IMG/VR virus record: IMGVR_UViG_2882238243_000002
Span: 64,001-128,000 of that record
Length of the DNA stretch: 64,000 bases
Direction: 5' to 3' (one strand)
DNA from: a virus
Taxonomy: Duplodnaviria; Caudoviricetes
Made by a program: the position numbers and the translations under genes. Below, in pieces: positions 48,696 through 58,394 of the stretch (the stretch's first letter is position 1; every line of letters begins with the position of its first letter). The notes beneath the pieces are model-generated. The model was not told the origin of the DNA. It did no database searches and saw only the letters and a program-made list of their open reading frames with translations.

Positions 48696-48893
48696 ATGAG
48701 TAGAAAACTAACTGATGTTTTGGAACTTGTTAATATTTATAATAAGATTTTACTTCGTTCGAATGGTGTCGCAATTGGATTATATGGTGATAAGGATAGT
48801 ATTGATAAAAAATTCTTACAGTACGATGTTGATTGTATTGGTGCAATTACAAGAGACGATGAGCCATGTTTGATTGTTGATGTTTGCAGCTAA
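48696..48893 (+). CDS. hypothetical protein
   Basis: AAGGAG RBS. Confidence 0.6.
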   Translation: MSRKLTDVLELVNIYNKILLRSNGVAIGLYGDKDSIDKKFLQYDVDCIGAITRDDEPCLIVDVCS

Positions 48894-48919
48894 ATTTATT
48901 CAAAAGGTGGTGAATTAGA

Positions 48920-49309
48920 ATAGGAAGACTAATAGATTCAGATGAAGTATCGAATAAAATATATTTAAATGGGTGTCTTACCGACAATGCCGAGGACGCA
49001 ATTCAAGAAACTCCAACTGCTTTTGATATGAATATGGTACTTGATCAGCTTGGCGATTATGGCAAACACAAAGGAATTCTAAAAGGTGATTACGACAAAT
49101 GTGAGATTTACATTCCTGTATCGGTTGCAAAGCAAATTATAAGAGGTAGGGGACTTGGAGGCGTTTTAGGATATTTAGAAGATAATAATAAGAAGGTAAA
49201 CGACTGTTCCACTTGTAAGAACAACGTGGAATTTCCAGCTCCACATACCTGCAATATTTGCACAAGTCTTGACCAGGAAGAAGAATATGAGACGTGGGAG
49301 GAAAAGTGA
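48920..49309 (+). CDS. hypothetical phage protein
   Basis: ATA start gives (M)GRLIDSDE..PTAFD, a common phage N-terminus. Confidence 0.65.
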   Translation: MGRLIDSDEVSNKIYLNGCLTDNAEDAIQETPTAFDMNMVLDQLGDYGKHKGILKGDYDKCEIYIPVSVAKQIIRGRGLGGVLGYLEDNNKKVNDCSTCKNNVEFPAPHTCNICTSLDQEEEYETWEEK

Positions 49310-49770
49310 TGGCAAGAGAACTAATTTGGGTTGAATCAGAATTAGTACCTAAAATCGAATTGATTCAAGATATTATAAAACTAAAAGGAGAAGATATTAG
49401 TAAGGCAATTAATAAGTTGGTTGAAAATACAGATGTTTTAAAAACTGATAATATCGACACTTCTCTTCTTGAAATCAAACTACATGCTGCGAAAGTTAGA
49501 AATACATATAAGGAATTAGTAGACAAAGAGATCGAAGAGACGAATGTGTTATGGGAAGAATGTGATAGTCGAATCTATGAAAGCAGAACAAAGATTAATC
49601 AAATAAAAGACACTTTTAGCGAGTTATCCAGTAGTATAAAAGAGTGTTCTAACAGTTTGGATAGATGGGAAATGGATAAATTTTCAGATGCTATGGATTT
49701 AATTGACAGATATAATCAGTACTCAGATAAAGAGAAGGAATTACTAAAAGGACTAATGAAATCAGAATGA
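49294..49770 (+). CDS. coiled-coil hypothetical protein
   Basis: stop overlaps a perfect repeat site. Confidence 0.7.
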   Translation: MGGKVMARELIWVESELVPKIELIQDIIKLKGEDISKAINKLVENTDVLKTDNIDTSLLEIKLHAAKVRNTYKELVDKEIEETNVLWEECDSRIYESRTKINQIKDTFSELSSSIKECSNSLDRWEMDKFSDAMDLIDRYNQYSDKEKELLKGLMKSE

Positions 49771-49798
49771 AAGGTGGGTTTCAACCGTAGAAAAAGAG

Positions 49799-50344
49799 GT
49801 GAAAATTTTGACTGATAAAGAAAGAATACTAATGACTATAATCACTAGAGTTATACCAGGACTTACATATTGTTGCCATTCATATGAAGACAGAGAAAAA
49901 TATGTAAAATCATATATGCTGAATAGAAATGGATTAGAAAAAGGCGACTTGGTTTTCGCTAATACTTCTATAAAAATGAATGATTTTGTGGTTGGTTTCA
50001 TCGAAGACTTTAAACCTGAATGTACAGTTATCAGAGAATTGGGAAGCAATCGTTTATGTAATTATTATAATGAGTCATTTAGCGTAATAAACAAAGACAA
50101 ACTTGGTTATGAAATATTAGAAGGTATTCAATATAAAATATATCAAAAGGTATTAAAGGCATTTTCTGATTATAGTAGTTATTCAGCCCGTTTTCATAGT
50201 ATTGAGTTTAATAATAAAATTTGTACAGTAAAGTCAAGAAAGATGTTTTCTAATGAACCAACACATGAGTTTTCTTTTAAATACAATTCAAAAACAACAA
50301 TAAAAGAGATTGGTAAATTATTAGAGGAGAAAGAGAATAAATGA
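49799..50344 (+). CDS. hypothetical protein
   Basis: 181-aa ORF. Confidence 0.7.
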   Translation: MKILTDKERILMTIITRVIPGLTYCCHSYEDREKYVKSYMLNRNGLEKGDLVFANTSIKMNDFVVGFIEDFKPECTVIRELGSNRLCNYYNESFSVINKDKLGYEILEGIQYKIYQKVLKAFSDYSSYSARFHSIEFNNKICTVKSRKMFSNEPTHEFSFKYNSKTTIKEIGKLLEEKENK

Positions 50345-50721
50345 TATATACAAGTTATTTTGCAAAGCTTAAATCACTACCAGATAATATAATTCCAATA
50401 TCAATTTGTGCTAAAGCTCCTGATTGGTATAAGGGGTTAGAGTATAAAAAACTTACTCCTAGTTATGACTTATTGATGCATTGGAAGATATTCCATGATG
50501 AAGAATATTATAGAAAACGCTTTAAAGAACAAGTATTAGATAAATTGAACCCTGAAAGTGTTAGTAGCGATTTATGGTATTTATGTGATAACACAATGCA
50601 GACAGAACCAGATATTGTACTCATGTGTTATGAAAAATCGTCGAACTTTTGCCATAGACATTTGGTGTCTGATTGGTTAAACGAGAATGGAATTAAATGT
50701 GAAGAATTGAAAGGAGAATGA
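50341..50721 (+). CDS. DUF488-family protein
   Basis: IYTSYF, L.PS and LMCYE..FCHR. Confidence 0.8.
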   Translation: MIYTSYFAKLKSLPDNIIPISICAKAPDWYKGLEYKKLTPSYDLLMHWKIFHDEEYYRKRFKEQVLDKLNPESVSSDLWYLCDNTMQTEPDIVLMCYEKSSNFCHRHLVSDWLNENGIKCEELKGE

Positions 50722-50727
50722 AACAAT

Positions 50728-51006
50728 ATGAATTTTGGAGAAGCAATTGAAAAATTAAAAGTAGGTCAAAAAGTTGCAAGAGATGGTTGGAATGGTAAGG
50801 ATATGTTTGTCGTATATCAGAAGGGATATCCACAAGGTATTCCGTGTAATAAACAAACGGCAGATGCATGGGGGTTAAGTGAGGGCGAATTATTTAAGTG
50901 TGAACCATATTTACAGATTAGAATGGTAAATGGCTCTCATTCCATGTGGGTACCATCAATAAACGACTGTTTGGCAGAAGATTGGAATGTTGTAAGCACC
51001 AATTAA
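50728..51006 (+). CDS. tad2: DUF2829 / Thoeris anti-defence Tad2-like protein
   Basis: MNFGEAIE.LK.G.KVAR.GWNGK and WVPSINDCLAEDW. Confidence 0.8.
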   Translation: MNFGEAIEKLKVGQKVARDGWNGKDMFVVYQKGYPQGIPCNKQTADAWGLSEGELFKCEPYLQIRMVNGSHSMWVPSINDCLAEDWNVVSTN

Positions 51007-51048
51007 ACTTCGATTTCGTTTGGAGAATATAAAAGGAGATGTGATTAA

Positions 51049-51231
51049 ATGAGAAAGACAAAGATTATAGAAACTACAGAGAAATATGATGAAAGTGGAA
51101 AATTAATAGAGAAAATAGTCAGAGAAGAAACAGATGAAGATGATGCGATTTATTATTCACCTAATTATTTCGATACTTCTCAAGGCACTGAATATCTAAA
51201 ATATCAACCAACATGTCATTGTGCCAAATAG
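51049..51231 (+). CDS. hypothetical protein
   Basis: flanked by repeat sites. Confidence 0.6.
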   Translation: MRKTKIIETTEKYDESGKLIEKIVREETDEDDAIYYSPNYFDTSQGTEYLKYQPTCHCAK

Positions 51232-51292
51232 TTTTAAAGAATATTAATAGGAAATGTTTCTTTTATCTTATAAGGAAGGAAAATAATTAGCC

Positions 51293-52489
51293 TTGAGAGT
51301 ACAAAGAGTAGAACAACAAATAATAAGAAAAAATAATCCGATTTGGATAATAGTTGATAAACATTGTTTTTATTCAAAAAATGTATATAACGAGGCTAAT
51401 TACTTATTAAGGCAGGCTTTTATAAAAGAGAATAAAATTCTAACTGCCTACGAAGTTCAAAAAATTATGCAACCAATGGACTGCTACAAGGAGTGTGGAT
51501 CGCAGGCAGCCCAAAAGACCATCCAGCTATTAGATGAAAATTGGAAATCATATTTCGCAGCCATTAAGGATTGGAAGAAAAGTCCGGGTAAATATCTTGG
51601 AATGCCCAAATTACCGAGATACCTTCCTAAAGATGGTAGACAAGTATTTATGTTAAAGAATATTCAATGTTCATTAAAGGACGGTATATTCAGAATTTCT
51701 TACAAACCATTTAAACAATATACAGTCCCAACTCACGCTAATGGAAAATTAATGCAATGTAGGTTTGTTCCAAAACCAAATTATTATGTGATGGAAATTG
51801 TATATCAAATTGAAGTGCCAGATATTTCAGAAGAGAGAAATAAAATTTGCAGTATTGATTTAGGAACAGAGAATTTAATAACGATGGTAAATAATTTTGG
51901 AGAGCAACCAGTTATTATTAAAGGTGGTGATATTAAATCTGCGAATCAATTTTATAATAAGAAGAAAGCCGAATTACAGTCGCAATTAAAGAAAGACACC
52001 AGTAGAGATTGGAGTAATAAACTTCAAAAACTTACTGATAAGAGAAATGAGAAAATCAAATATCTTATGCATTGTGCAAGCAAACAAGTAGTAGACTACT
52101 GTGTTCTATACAGTGTCGATACTCTCATAATTGGATTGAATAAGAAGTGGAAACAAGAAAATTGCAATATGCAGAATTTTACTTATATTCCATATGATAT
52201 GTTTATCAATCAATTAAAAAGTAAATGTGAAGAAAATGGAATTGAAGTTATTATAACAGAAGAAAGTTATACTTCTGGGACATCATTTTTAGACAATGAG
52301 AGTCCTGTAAAGGAGAATTATAACAAGGATAGACGAGTTTATAGAGGATTGTTCGTATCTAATACTGGTAAGAAGATCAATGCTGACGTGAATGGCGCGT
52401 ATCAAATTATGAAAAAGGTAATTCCTGATGCTTTTAGCGAGGGAATAGAGGGTGCAGGTTTACACCCAATACAGTTGAAAGCTGTATAA
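51293..52489 (+). CDS. tnpB: TnpB (IS200/IS605-family RNA-guided endonuclease)
   Basis: SIDLG, IIGLNK, EESYTS and INADVNGA motifs; no tnpA nearby. Confidence 0.9.
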   Translation: MRVQRVEQQIIRKNNPIWIIVDKHCFYSKNVYNEANYLLRQAFIKENKILTAYEVQKIMQPMDCYKECGSQAAQKTIQLLDENWKSYFAAIKDWKKSPGKYLGMPKLPRYLPKDGRQVFMLKNIQCSLKDGIFRISYKPFKQYTVPTHANGKLMQCRFVPKPNYYVMEIVYQIEVPDISEERNKICSIDLGTENLITMVNNFGEQPVIIKGGDIKSANQFYNKKKAELQSQLKKDTSRDWSNKLQKLTDKRNEKIKYLMHCASKQVVDYCVLYSVDTLIIGLNKKWKQENCNMQNFTYIPYDMFINQLKSKCEENGIEVIITEESYTSGTSFLDNESPVKENYNKDRRVYRGLFVSNTGKKINADVNGAYQIMKKVIPDAFSEGIEGAGLHPIQLKAV

Positions 52490-52825
52490 ATGGCAAATAT
52501 AAAAGCCGATGAATCTCCTGTTTCATTCGGAGAAAGATTTACTCTATTATATTGGTTTGGCGGCTAATGAGATGGCAAGAAAGTTTTTACATAAAATCAT
52601 ATCAATTAAAAATTCCAATATTTAAACTGAACAGAGAATATCTGCACGGGTGCTAAAATAGCTCACCCTTGGGAGAGTTCGCTCATAAATAGCTATTTTT
52701 ACATAGATTTTTCATTATAGAGTGATTTTCTATGTATCGTCCGGGAGGGCGTTGAAGTAATAGATGTTTTAATATTTTACATATTTAACATACAAAAAAT
52801 TTAATTAACGGAGGTAGTTTATTTA

Positions 52826-54052
52826 ATGAATTTTGAAATGACAGGCAAGATTGGACTCAGTAAAGAAACAGAAAAGTTTAAACCATATTTAGAAACAACA
52901 TATGATTCAGGATGGGTTAAAAGAAAGATTATGTTTAACGTAATTTGTGGTGATAACAGACATTTGCTCACGGTAGATGCTGGCAGCTTTGCAGATGGAC
53001 ATGGAGACATCTATACTTTCAGCAAAGGTTCTATTGATGGCAGTGGTAATAAAGTAAAAGGTGAATCTTTAAAAATTCCATTTAAAGATAGGCTCACGTC
53101 AAAAAAACTGGCAGAAGTTGCTGAGTTCAAAAAGTTTATTTTTGATTTAGAAAAGCCAGGAAGACGGTATAAACTAGAAAAAGCTGCCGAAAAAATCAAA
53201 GAAGGTACAAGTCTTACTGATGAAGAGTTGAAAGAGGTTGGGTTAGAGAATGAAGCAGAGGTAATAGAAGCTCTTGAAAAGAGTAAGAAGAAGCATCATG
53301 AATTTATTTCTGAGTGGGATTTTGCTGAATTTATCAAGAAGGTTATTGAAAGTGGAAAGTATAAAGACAGCAAGTTTTTCATTAGAGGAAATAGCAATTA
53401 TCAGTATTCAGATAAAAAGCAGCAAGTATATGAAAGTTATGTTCCACAGAGAATCTACCTTGCGGCTGAAGATGCTGAAGAGTCTTCAACTGCAACTGTT
53501 AAAATTATTTATAATTCCGATAGTCTTGATTCCATGAGTATTGAAGAAAAGGGCAAATATTATGTGAATGGCTACATGATGGAATATGATAACAACCGTA
53601 AAACTAATATTCCTGTTCCTGTTACAATTACAATTCCTGTCGCACCAAAAGATGCAAGTGAAAAGGATAAAAAGTTTGTAGAGGGCATTAAGCGAAAATT
53701 CACAGTAGAAGATGATACATATAAAGAGCTTGGTATTGATATTAAAATGCTTAATGGTGCTCAGAAGGTTGAAATCACAGATGACATGTTGACAGATGAA
53801 CAGAAAGAGGATTTAGATTGTGGTCTTATTACTCTTGATGATATTCGTTCAGAACTTGGTGGAAGTGTGTATGGAGACAGAATTCAGGAGTATCAGTTTT
53901 TGAAGATTGCACGAGGATTTACTAAGGGAAGAAATGAAACAGTATACACTGACGATGATATGGTAATCAGACCCATCGAAGAAGAATTACCAGAAGGCAC
54001 AGAAGATTTGTTTGAGGACGAAGATGTAATAGATAGTGATGATGATCTGTAA
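52826..54052 (+). CDS. putative phage ssDNA-binding protein (YorF-like position)
   Basis: beta-rich with acidic C-tail; first gene of the replication block. Confidence 0.55.
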   Translation: MNFEMTGKIGLSKETEKFKPYLETTYDSGWVKRKIMFNVICGDNRHLLTVDAGSFADGHGDIYTFSKGSIDGSGNKVKGESLKIPFKDRLTSKKLAEVAEFKKFIFDLEKPGRRYKLEKAAEKIKEGTSLTDEELKEVGLENEAEVIEALEKSKKKHHEFISEWDFAEFIKKVIESGKYKDSKFFIRGNSNYQYSDKKQQVYESYVPQRIYLAAEDAEESSTATVKIIYNSDSLDSMSIEEKGKYYVNGYMMEYDNNRKTNIPVPVTITIPVAPKDASEKDKKFVEGIKRKFTVEDDTYKELGIDIKMLNGAQKVEITDDMLTDEQKEDLDCGLITLDDIRSELGGSVYGDRIQEYQFLKIARGFTKGRNETVYTDDDMVIRPIEEELPEGTEDLFEDEDVIDSDDDL

Positions 54053-54113
54053 GATACAGGGGAATTCCTCCCAATTTAAACGAAGTATGAACATAAAAGG
54101 AGATTTTTATTAA

Positions 54114-55232
54114 ATGCAGAAACCACAGATTAATGTAATTAAACCAGATATTAAAAATTTATCAATCTATTTAAGGTCAACTAAAAAATTTGGAAAGACA
54201 ACACTTTTTAGAGATGTAATTCTTGCAAAATATGGAGATGCCTCAAGAGGGCTTTTGGTTGGTTGTGGGAATGAAGTTGGATATAAAATGCTTGACAACT
54301 TAAATGTTACCCAGGTCAAAACATATAAGGATATGATTGAACTTTCAGATTGGTTAATCAAAGAAAAGGGGAAAGAGCATAATATTGAAATTATCGCTTT
54401 TGATACTGGTGATGAACTCACTCTGATTACGGATACCGAGACAATCAGGCAGAGTAACATTGAAAATCCGAATAAGAAATGCAAGTCTGTAAAAGCTGCA
54501 TTTGGTGGATACACAGCAGGAGAAAAATATTCGGCTAATGATTTGGTTAAGCCATATATGACAAAGTTGCAAGAAGCTGGATTTGGGGTATGGGCTATTG
54601 CTCATACGAAATTTAAAACAATCAAGGAAAAGGGTGGACTTGAGGAAGATGGTTATATGCAGTTATCTTCTAATATGAGTGCTGATTACGAAGCTGCATT
54701 TGGTGATATTTTTGATGTGGTTCTCACCGGTGTAATTGATAGAGATTTAGAAGAAAAGAAAGTAGGAGACAAGACTAAGAAATATACAACTGATACTGTT
54801 CGTAAGTTGTATTTCAGAGGTACTACTTTGATTGATGCTGGTGGGCGATTTGCAGATGGAGCAGTGCCAGAGTATATGATATTTGATAAACCCGATATGG
54901 GTTCGGAATTCATTAAAGTTGTAGAAGAAGGAATGGAAAAATCTAAGACAACATTTGATAAGCCAAAGACAACAACAAAGTCCAAGAAGGAAGAAAAGAA
55001 ACCAGATCCACTAGAAGAATCGGCAGCTGATATTGATACAACACCACCATTTGAAGAAGAAACTAATACTTCCAATTATCCGGATAACCTAGAGGAAACC
55101 ATCAGAGTCATGTTCAAGGAGTGCAAGGATAAGGACTTGAAAGCAGAAGTAAAAATAATCATCAACTCTTTTGGTAAATTAAATGATTGTGATGACAATG
55201 CTTTGAAGGAAATTTATGACAAATTGAAATAG
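54114..55232 (+). CDS. AAA_24/Sak4-like ATPase (YorG-like)
   Basis: variant Walker A STKKFGKTT, IAFDT and IAH. Confidence 0.75.
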   Translation: MQKPQINVIKPDIKNLSIYLRSTKKFGKTTLFRDVILAKYGDASRGLLVGCGNEVGYKMLDNLNVTQVKTYKDMIELSDWLIKEKGKEHNIEIIAFDTGDELTLITDTETIRQSNIENPNKKCKSVKAAFGGYTAGEKYSANDLVKPYMTKLQEAGFGVWAIAHTKFKTIKEKGGLEEDGYMQLSSNMSADYEAAFGDIFDVVLTGVIDRDLEEKKVGDKTKKYTTDTVRKLYFRGTTLIDAGGRFADGAVPEYMIFDKPDMGSEFIKVVEEGMEKSKTTFDKPKTTTKSKKEEKKPDPLEESAADIDTTPPFEEETNTSNYPDNLEETIRVMFKECKDKDLKAEVKIIINSFGKLNDCDDNALKEIYDKLK

Positions 55233-55253
55233 TTGTATTTATCAAATAATCAG

Positions 55254-55279
55254 ATTGGGTGGCTTACAAGCCACCCAAT
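55254..55279. terminator. strong intergenic hairpin
   Basis: ATTGGGTGGCTT/AAGCCACCCAAT; no clear T-tail. Confidence 0.45.
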
Positions 55280-55299
55280 ACTATCAAGGTGGTGGGAAG

Positions 55300-55794
55300 A
55301 TGCTTGTCAAATGCAAAATATGTAGAAGCAAGGTAGATAGAAATGAAGCATATAAGGTAGTAGTTGATGGGAAAAATCATTACTACTGCAACAAAAATGA
55401 ATATACTGAATGGAGAAAAAAGAAAGATATAAAGGATAGGGCATATAATCTGATTTATGAGATTTTTGATAGAAAAGTAACTAATACAATTTTATACAAA
55501 GAAATTGGTGAGCTTGCAGATGTTTATACATATGAAAAAATATTGGCATATCTCATAGATAATGAAAATTATCTAACAAGTGTTATAAAGAAAACTTTTA
55601 TAAGTGAGTATGCTCAAATTAGATATTTTACAGCAATCTTAAAGAACAACTTAACTGATTTTCAATATGAGGGCGAATCAAAAGTGGAAATCAATAGGTT
55701 GGATATGCCTGACGTCTCTAACAATCAATTTAGTAGAAAGAAAAGGAAAAAATCATTGTCTGAATATGAGGAGGAAGTTGGTGAGCAGATATAG
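55300..55794 (+). CDS. Zn-binding replication protein (YorH-like, possible helicase loader)
   Basis: CKIC..YYC; directly upstream of the helicase. Confidence 0.65.
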   Translation: MLVKCKICRSKVDRNEAYKVVVDGKNHYYCNKNEYTEWRKKKDIKDRAYNLIYEIFDRKVTNTILYKEIGELADVYTYEKILAYLIDNENYLTSVIKKTFISEYAQIRYFTAILKNNLTDFQYEGESKVEINRLDMPDVSNNQFSRKKRKKSLSEYEEEVGEQI

Positions 55795-57344
55795 GCGAAT
55801 TTCTTACAGGAGTCACAGATAAATACCCACTACAGTTATTAAAAGGAAGAGTAGAGGTAGAGGGGAACGTAGTTAGTTGCTTGTTCAAAGATATGCTTTT
55901 ACTAGATGAAATCACACTAGAACAGAAAGATTTTATTACAAGTGATGGGTTATTCTATTTTTCATTACTTAATCAGCTAAGAGGAAAAGGCTTCTATTCC
56001 CTTGATGAGGTTACAATTCTGTCAAATATGAATGAAGATGTAATTGAAAGATATGAGTCTTGTGGCGGATGGGATTCCATTCAGCATCAAATTGATATCA
56101 TCAATGAGAAAAATTTTGATACATATATAGATATCCTATATCGAGAAAACATTATTTTACACATGCATGAGGACGGTTTTAATCTTTTAAAAAAGATTGA
56201 TGTCAACGGGAAAGAAATATCACCGCTTAGTATGTTCCGTAAAATGGATGCCGAATCTGTGACTGATTGGTATGAAGCAAGAATTAGTTCTTATGGAACT
56301 GGATACTCTAGCAAGATTATTGAGGAGGAAGAAATTGATTTTGATGACGAATTCATTAAAAACTGCCAAGAAGGATTAGAAAATGGTGTTCCTTTTGACA
56401 TCGCTGGATATGACATTAATGGGGAAGAGATGAATTGCTTCCAATTCCTTTCCAGACAAGTAAATGGTTTATTGGAAGGGACACTTACTATGATGGGTGG
56501 ATATAGCAGCACCGGCAAATCCACTTGGTGGGTAACAGTTATAATGGCACTTCTTTATAGAGATAGGAAAGTGCTGATAATATCTAACGAAGAAAATGTA
56601 AAGAAATTCAAAATCAAATTCATGGTCTGGTTGCTTGGCAAAAGAAATAGATACTTTAAATTAACAAAGAAAAAATTGATGAGCGGAGACTTGAATGCAG
56701 AAGATAAAAAGCAGTTGGCTTCAGTTCAGGATTATTGGAGAAAGAATTATAAAGGCAGAGTTAAATTTATTTCGTTAGCTGACGCGAATATGTCAATTGT
56801 AAAGAAGAAAGCAAGAGAAAATATCCTTAGATATGGATACGACACAATACTATATGACACATTCAAACTGGATTTTGACTCTGCTGGCAATACCAGGCAA
56901 GATTTATCTCTGATAAAAGATAGCCGTGAGTTTGATTCATTATGTAAAAAGTATAATGTAATTGGATTGGCCTCTCTACAGCTTGCTATTAACACAATAG
57001 GAAAGTTATTTCTTGACAGTTCTGTTTTATCAAATAGCAAGCAGATAAAAGAAGTTTTAGAAGGGTTATATCTTATGCGTAATGTATATGATGAAGAACT
57101 AGATCCTGATAATAAAAAATATTATTGTAAACCTTTCAAATTAAGAAAGGTAAATGATAAATGGATTCAAGAAGAATATGTGTGTGATAGAAATGCTGTT
57201 TGGAGAATGGTATTTCCAGATAAAACTAGAAGCGGGGCAAATTCATCAGATAATGGAATAGCATATTTGTTAAAGTTTTCAGGAGATCACTGTATCTTTA
57301 GAGAGGTAGCACAATGCTATCCTAAACATGGATATATACAATAA
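55791..57344 (+). CDS. dnaB: replicative DnaB-like helicase
   Basis: GGYSSTGKS, ISNEE, LYDT and SLQL motifs; ATA start inferred. Confidence 0.85.
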   Translation: MGEFLTGVTDKYPLQLLKGRVEVEGNVVSCLFKDMLLLDEITLEQKDFITSDGLFYFSLLNQLRGKGFYSLDEVTILSNMNEDVIERYESCGGWDSIQHQIDIINEKNFDTYIDILYRENIILHMHEDGFNLLKKIDVNGKEISPLSMFRKMDAESVTDWYEARISSYGTGYSSKIIEEEEIDFDDEFIKNCQEGLENGVPFDIAGYDINGEEMNCFQFLSRQVNGLLEGTLTMMGGYSSTGKSTWWVTVIMALLYRDRKVLIISNEENVKKFKIKFMVWLLGKRNRYFKLTKKKLMSGDLNAEDKKQLASVQDYWRKNYKGRVKFISLADANMSIVKKKARENILRYGYDTILYDTFKLDFDSAGNTRQDLSLIKDSREFDSLCKKYNVIGLASLQLAINTIGKLFLDSSVLSNSKQIKEVLEGLYLMRNVYDEELDPDNKKYYCKPFKLRKVNDKWIQEEYVCDRNAVWRMVFPDKTRSGANSSDNGIAYLLKFSGDHCIFREVAQCYPKHGYIQ

Positions 57345-57365
57345 TAAGAAGTAGAGTGGTGAGAT

Positions 57366-58394
57366 ATGTTATCAGAAATTAAAAAGGAGTTAATTAATCA
57401 CCCTGAAAAACTCAAGGAAGTATTAAAACATTTTGGTTATTGTAATGTGGTAGCTAGAACAAAATATTTACAGTTTGGTAGAGATGAATATTCATCAAAA
57501 AAGTCTCTAGTTGTTAAACTGGAAAATAACCAGTATCTGTATGTGACTGATTATGCAAGGAATATTCAAAAAGACTTATTTAGTTATATTAGCGAACAAA
57601 GAAAAATTGAATTTTCAGAAGTGCTGCATGGACTAAAAGGGATATTGGGTATATCTGACTACTGTGAATATTTTAGTAAAAAGGGAATTTTTGGTGGGTT
57701 TTATGAACGCATTAGAAAAAAAAGCACATACAAAGTCAATACATATAATGAATCCATCTTAGACAATTATGCAAAATACGGCAATTTAAGATTCCTTGAA
57801 GATAGCATATCAATAAACACTCAACAGTTTTTTAATATTAGATATGATGTTGAGTCACAAGGAATTGTAATACCAATATACGATCAAATAGGGCAACTCA
57901 TAGGTATAAAGATCAGGGTGAATTTTGAGGTTTCAGATGGTGAGCAGAAATATTACTATTTGATTCCATGTGCAATGTCTCAAACTTTATATGGGTATTC
58001 ACAGAACTATAACTATTTAGTGGAAAATACAGTGTTTATATTTGAGTCTGAGAAATCAGTGATGCAATGTCATTCATATGGAATAAGGAACTGTGTCGCA
58101 CTAGGGAGTGGTTCTATTAGTTCAAAACAAGTGCAGATGATTTATGAACTAAATCCAAGTAAAGTAATTTTTATGCATGATGTTGGATTTGACTTAGAAA
58201 ATATTATGAGAAATATCTTATTGGTAAAATCATATTCAAGATTTTCGGAAATTGAATTAGGGTATTGGAATTACTTTGACTATGGATATGAAGGGAAGAT
58301 ATCTCCCTCTGATTTAGGGAAAGCCGAATTAGAGAGAATTATAAATACAGAAATTTTATTGATTGGAGATGATGAAAGCGAAGACAACTTATAA
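57366..58394 (+). CDS. DNA primase (TOPRIM)
   Basis: IVIPIYD..G, KYYY, LYG, FESEKS and FMHD motifs. Confidence 0.8.
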   Translation: MLSEIKKELINHPEKLKEVLKHFGYCNVVARTKYLQFGRDEYSSKKSLVVKLENNQYLYVTDYARNIQKDLFSYISEQRKIEFSEVLHGLKGILGISDYCEYFSKKGIFGGFYERIRKKSTYKVNTYNESILDNYAKYGNLRFLEDSISINTQQFFNIRYDVESQGIVIPIYDQIGQLIGIKIRVNFEVSDGEQKYYYLIPCAMSQTLYGYSQNYNYLVENTVFIFESEKSVMQCHSYGIRNCVALGSGSISSKQVQMIYELNPSKVIFMHDVGFDLENIMRNILLVKSYSRFSEIELGYWNYFDYGYEGKISPSDLGKAELERIINTEILLIGDDESEDNL

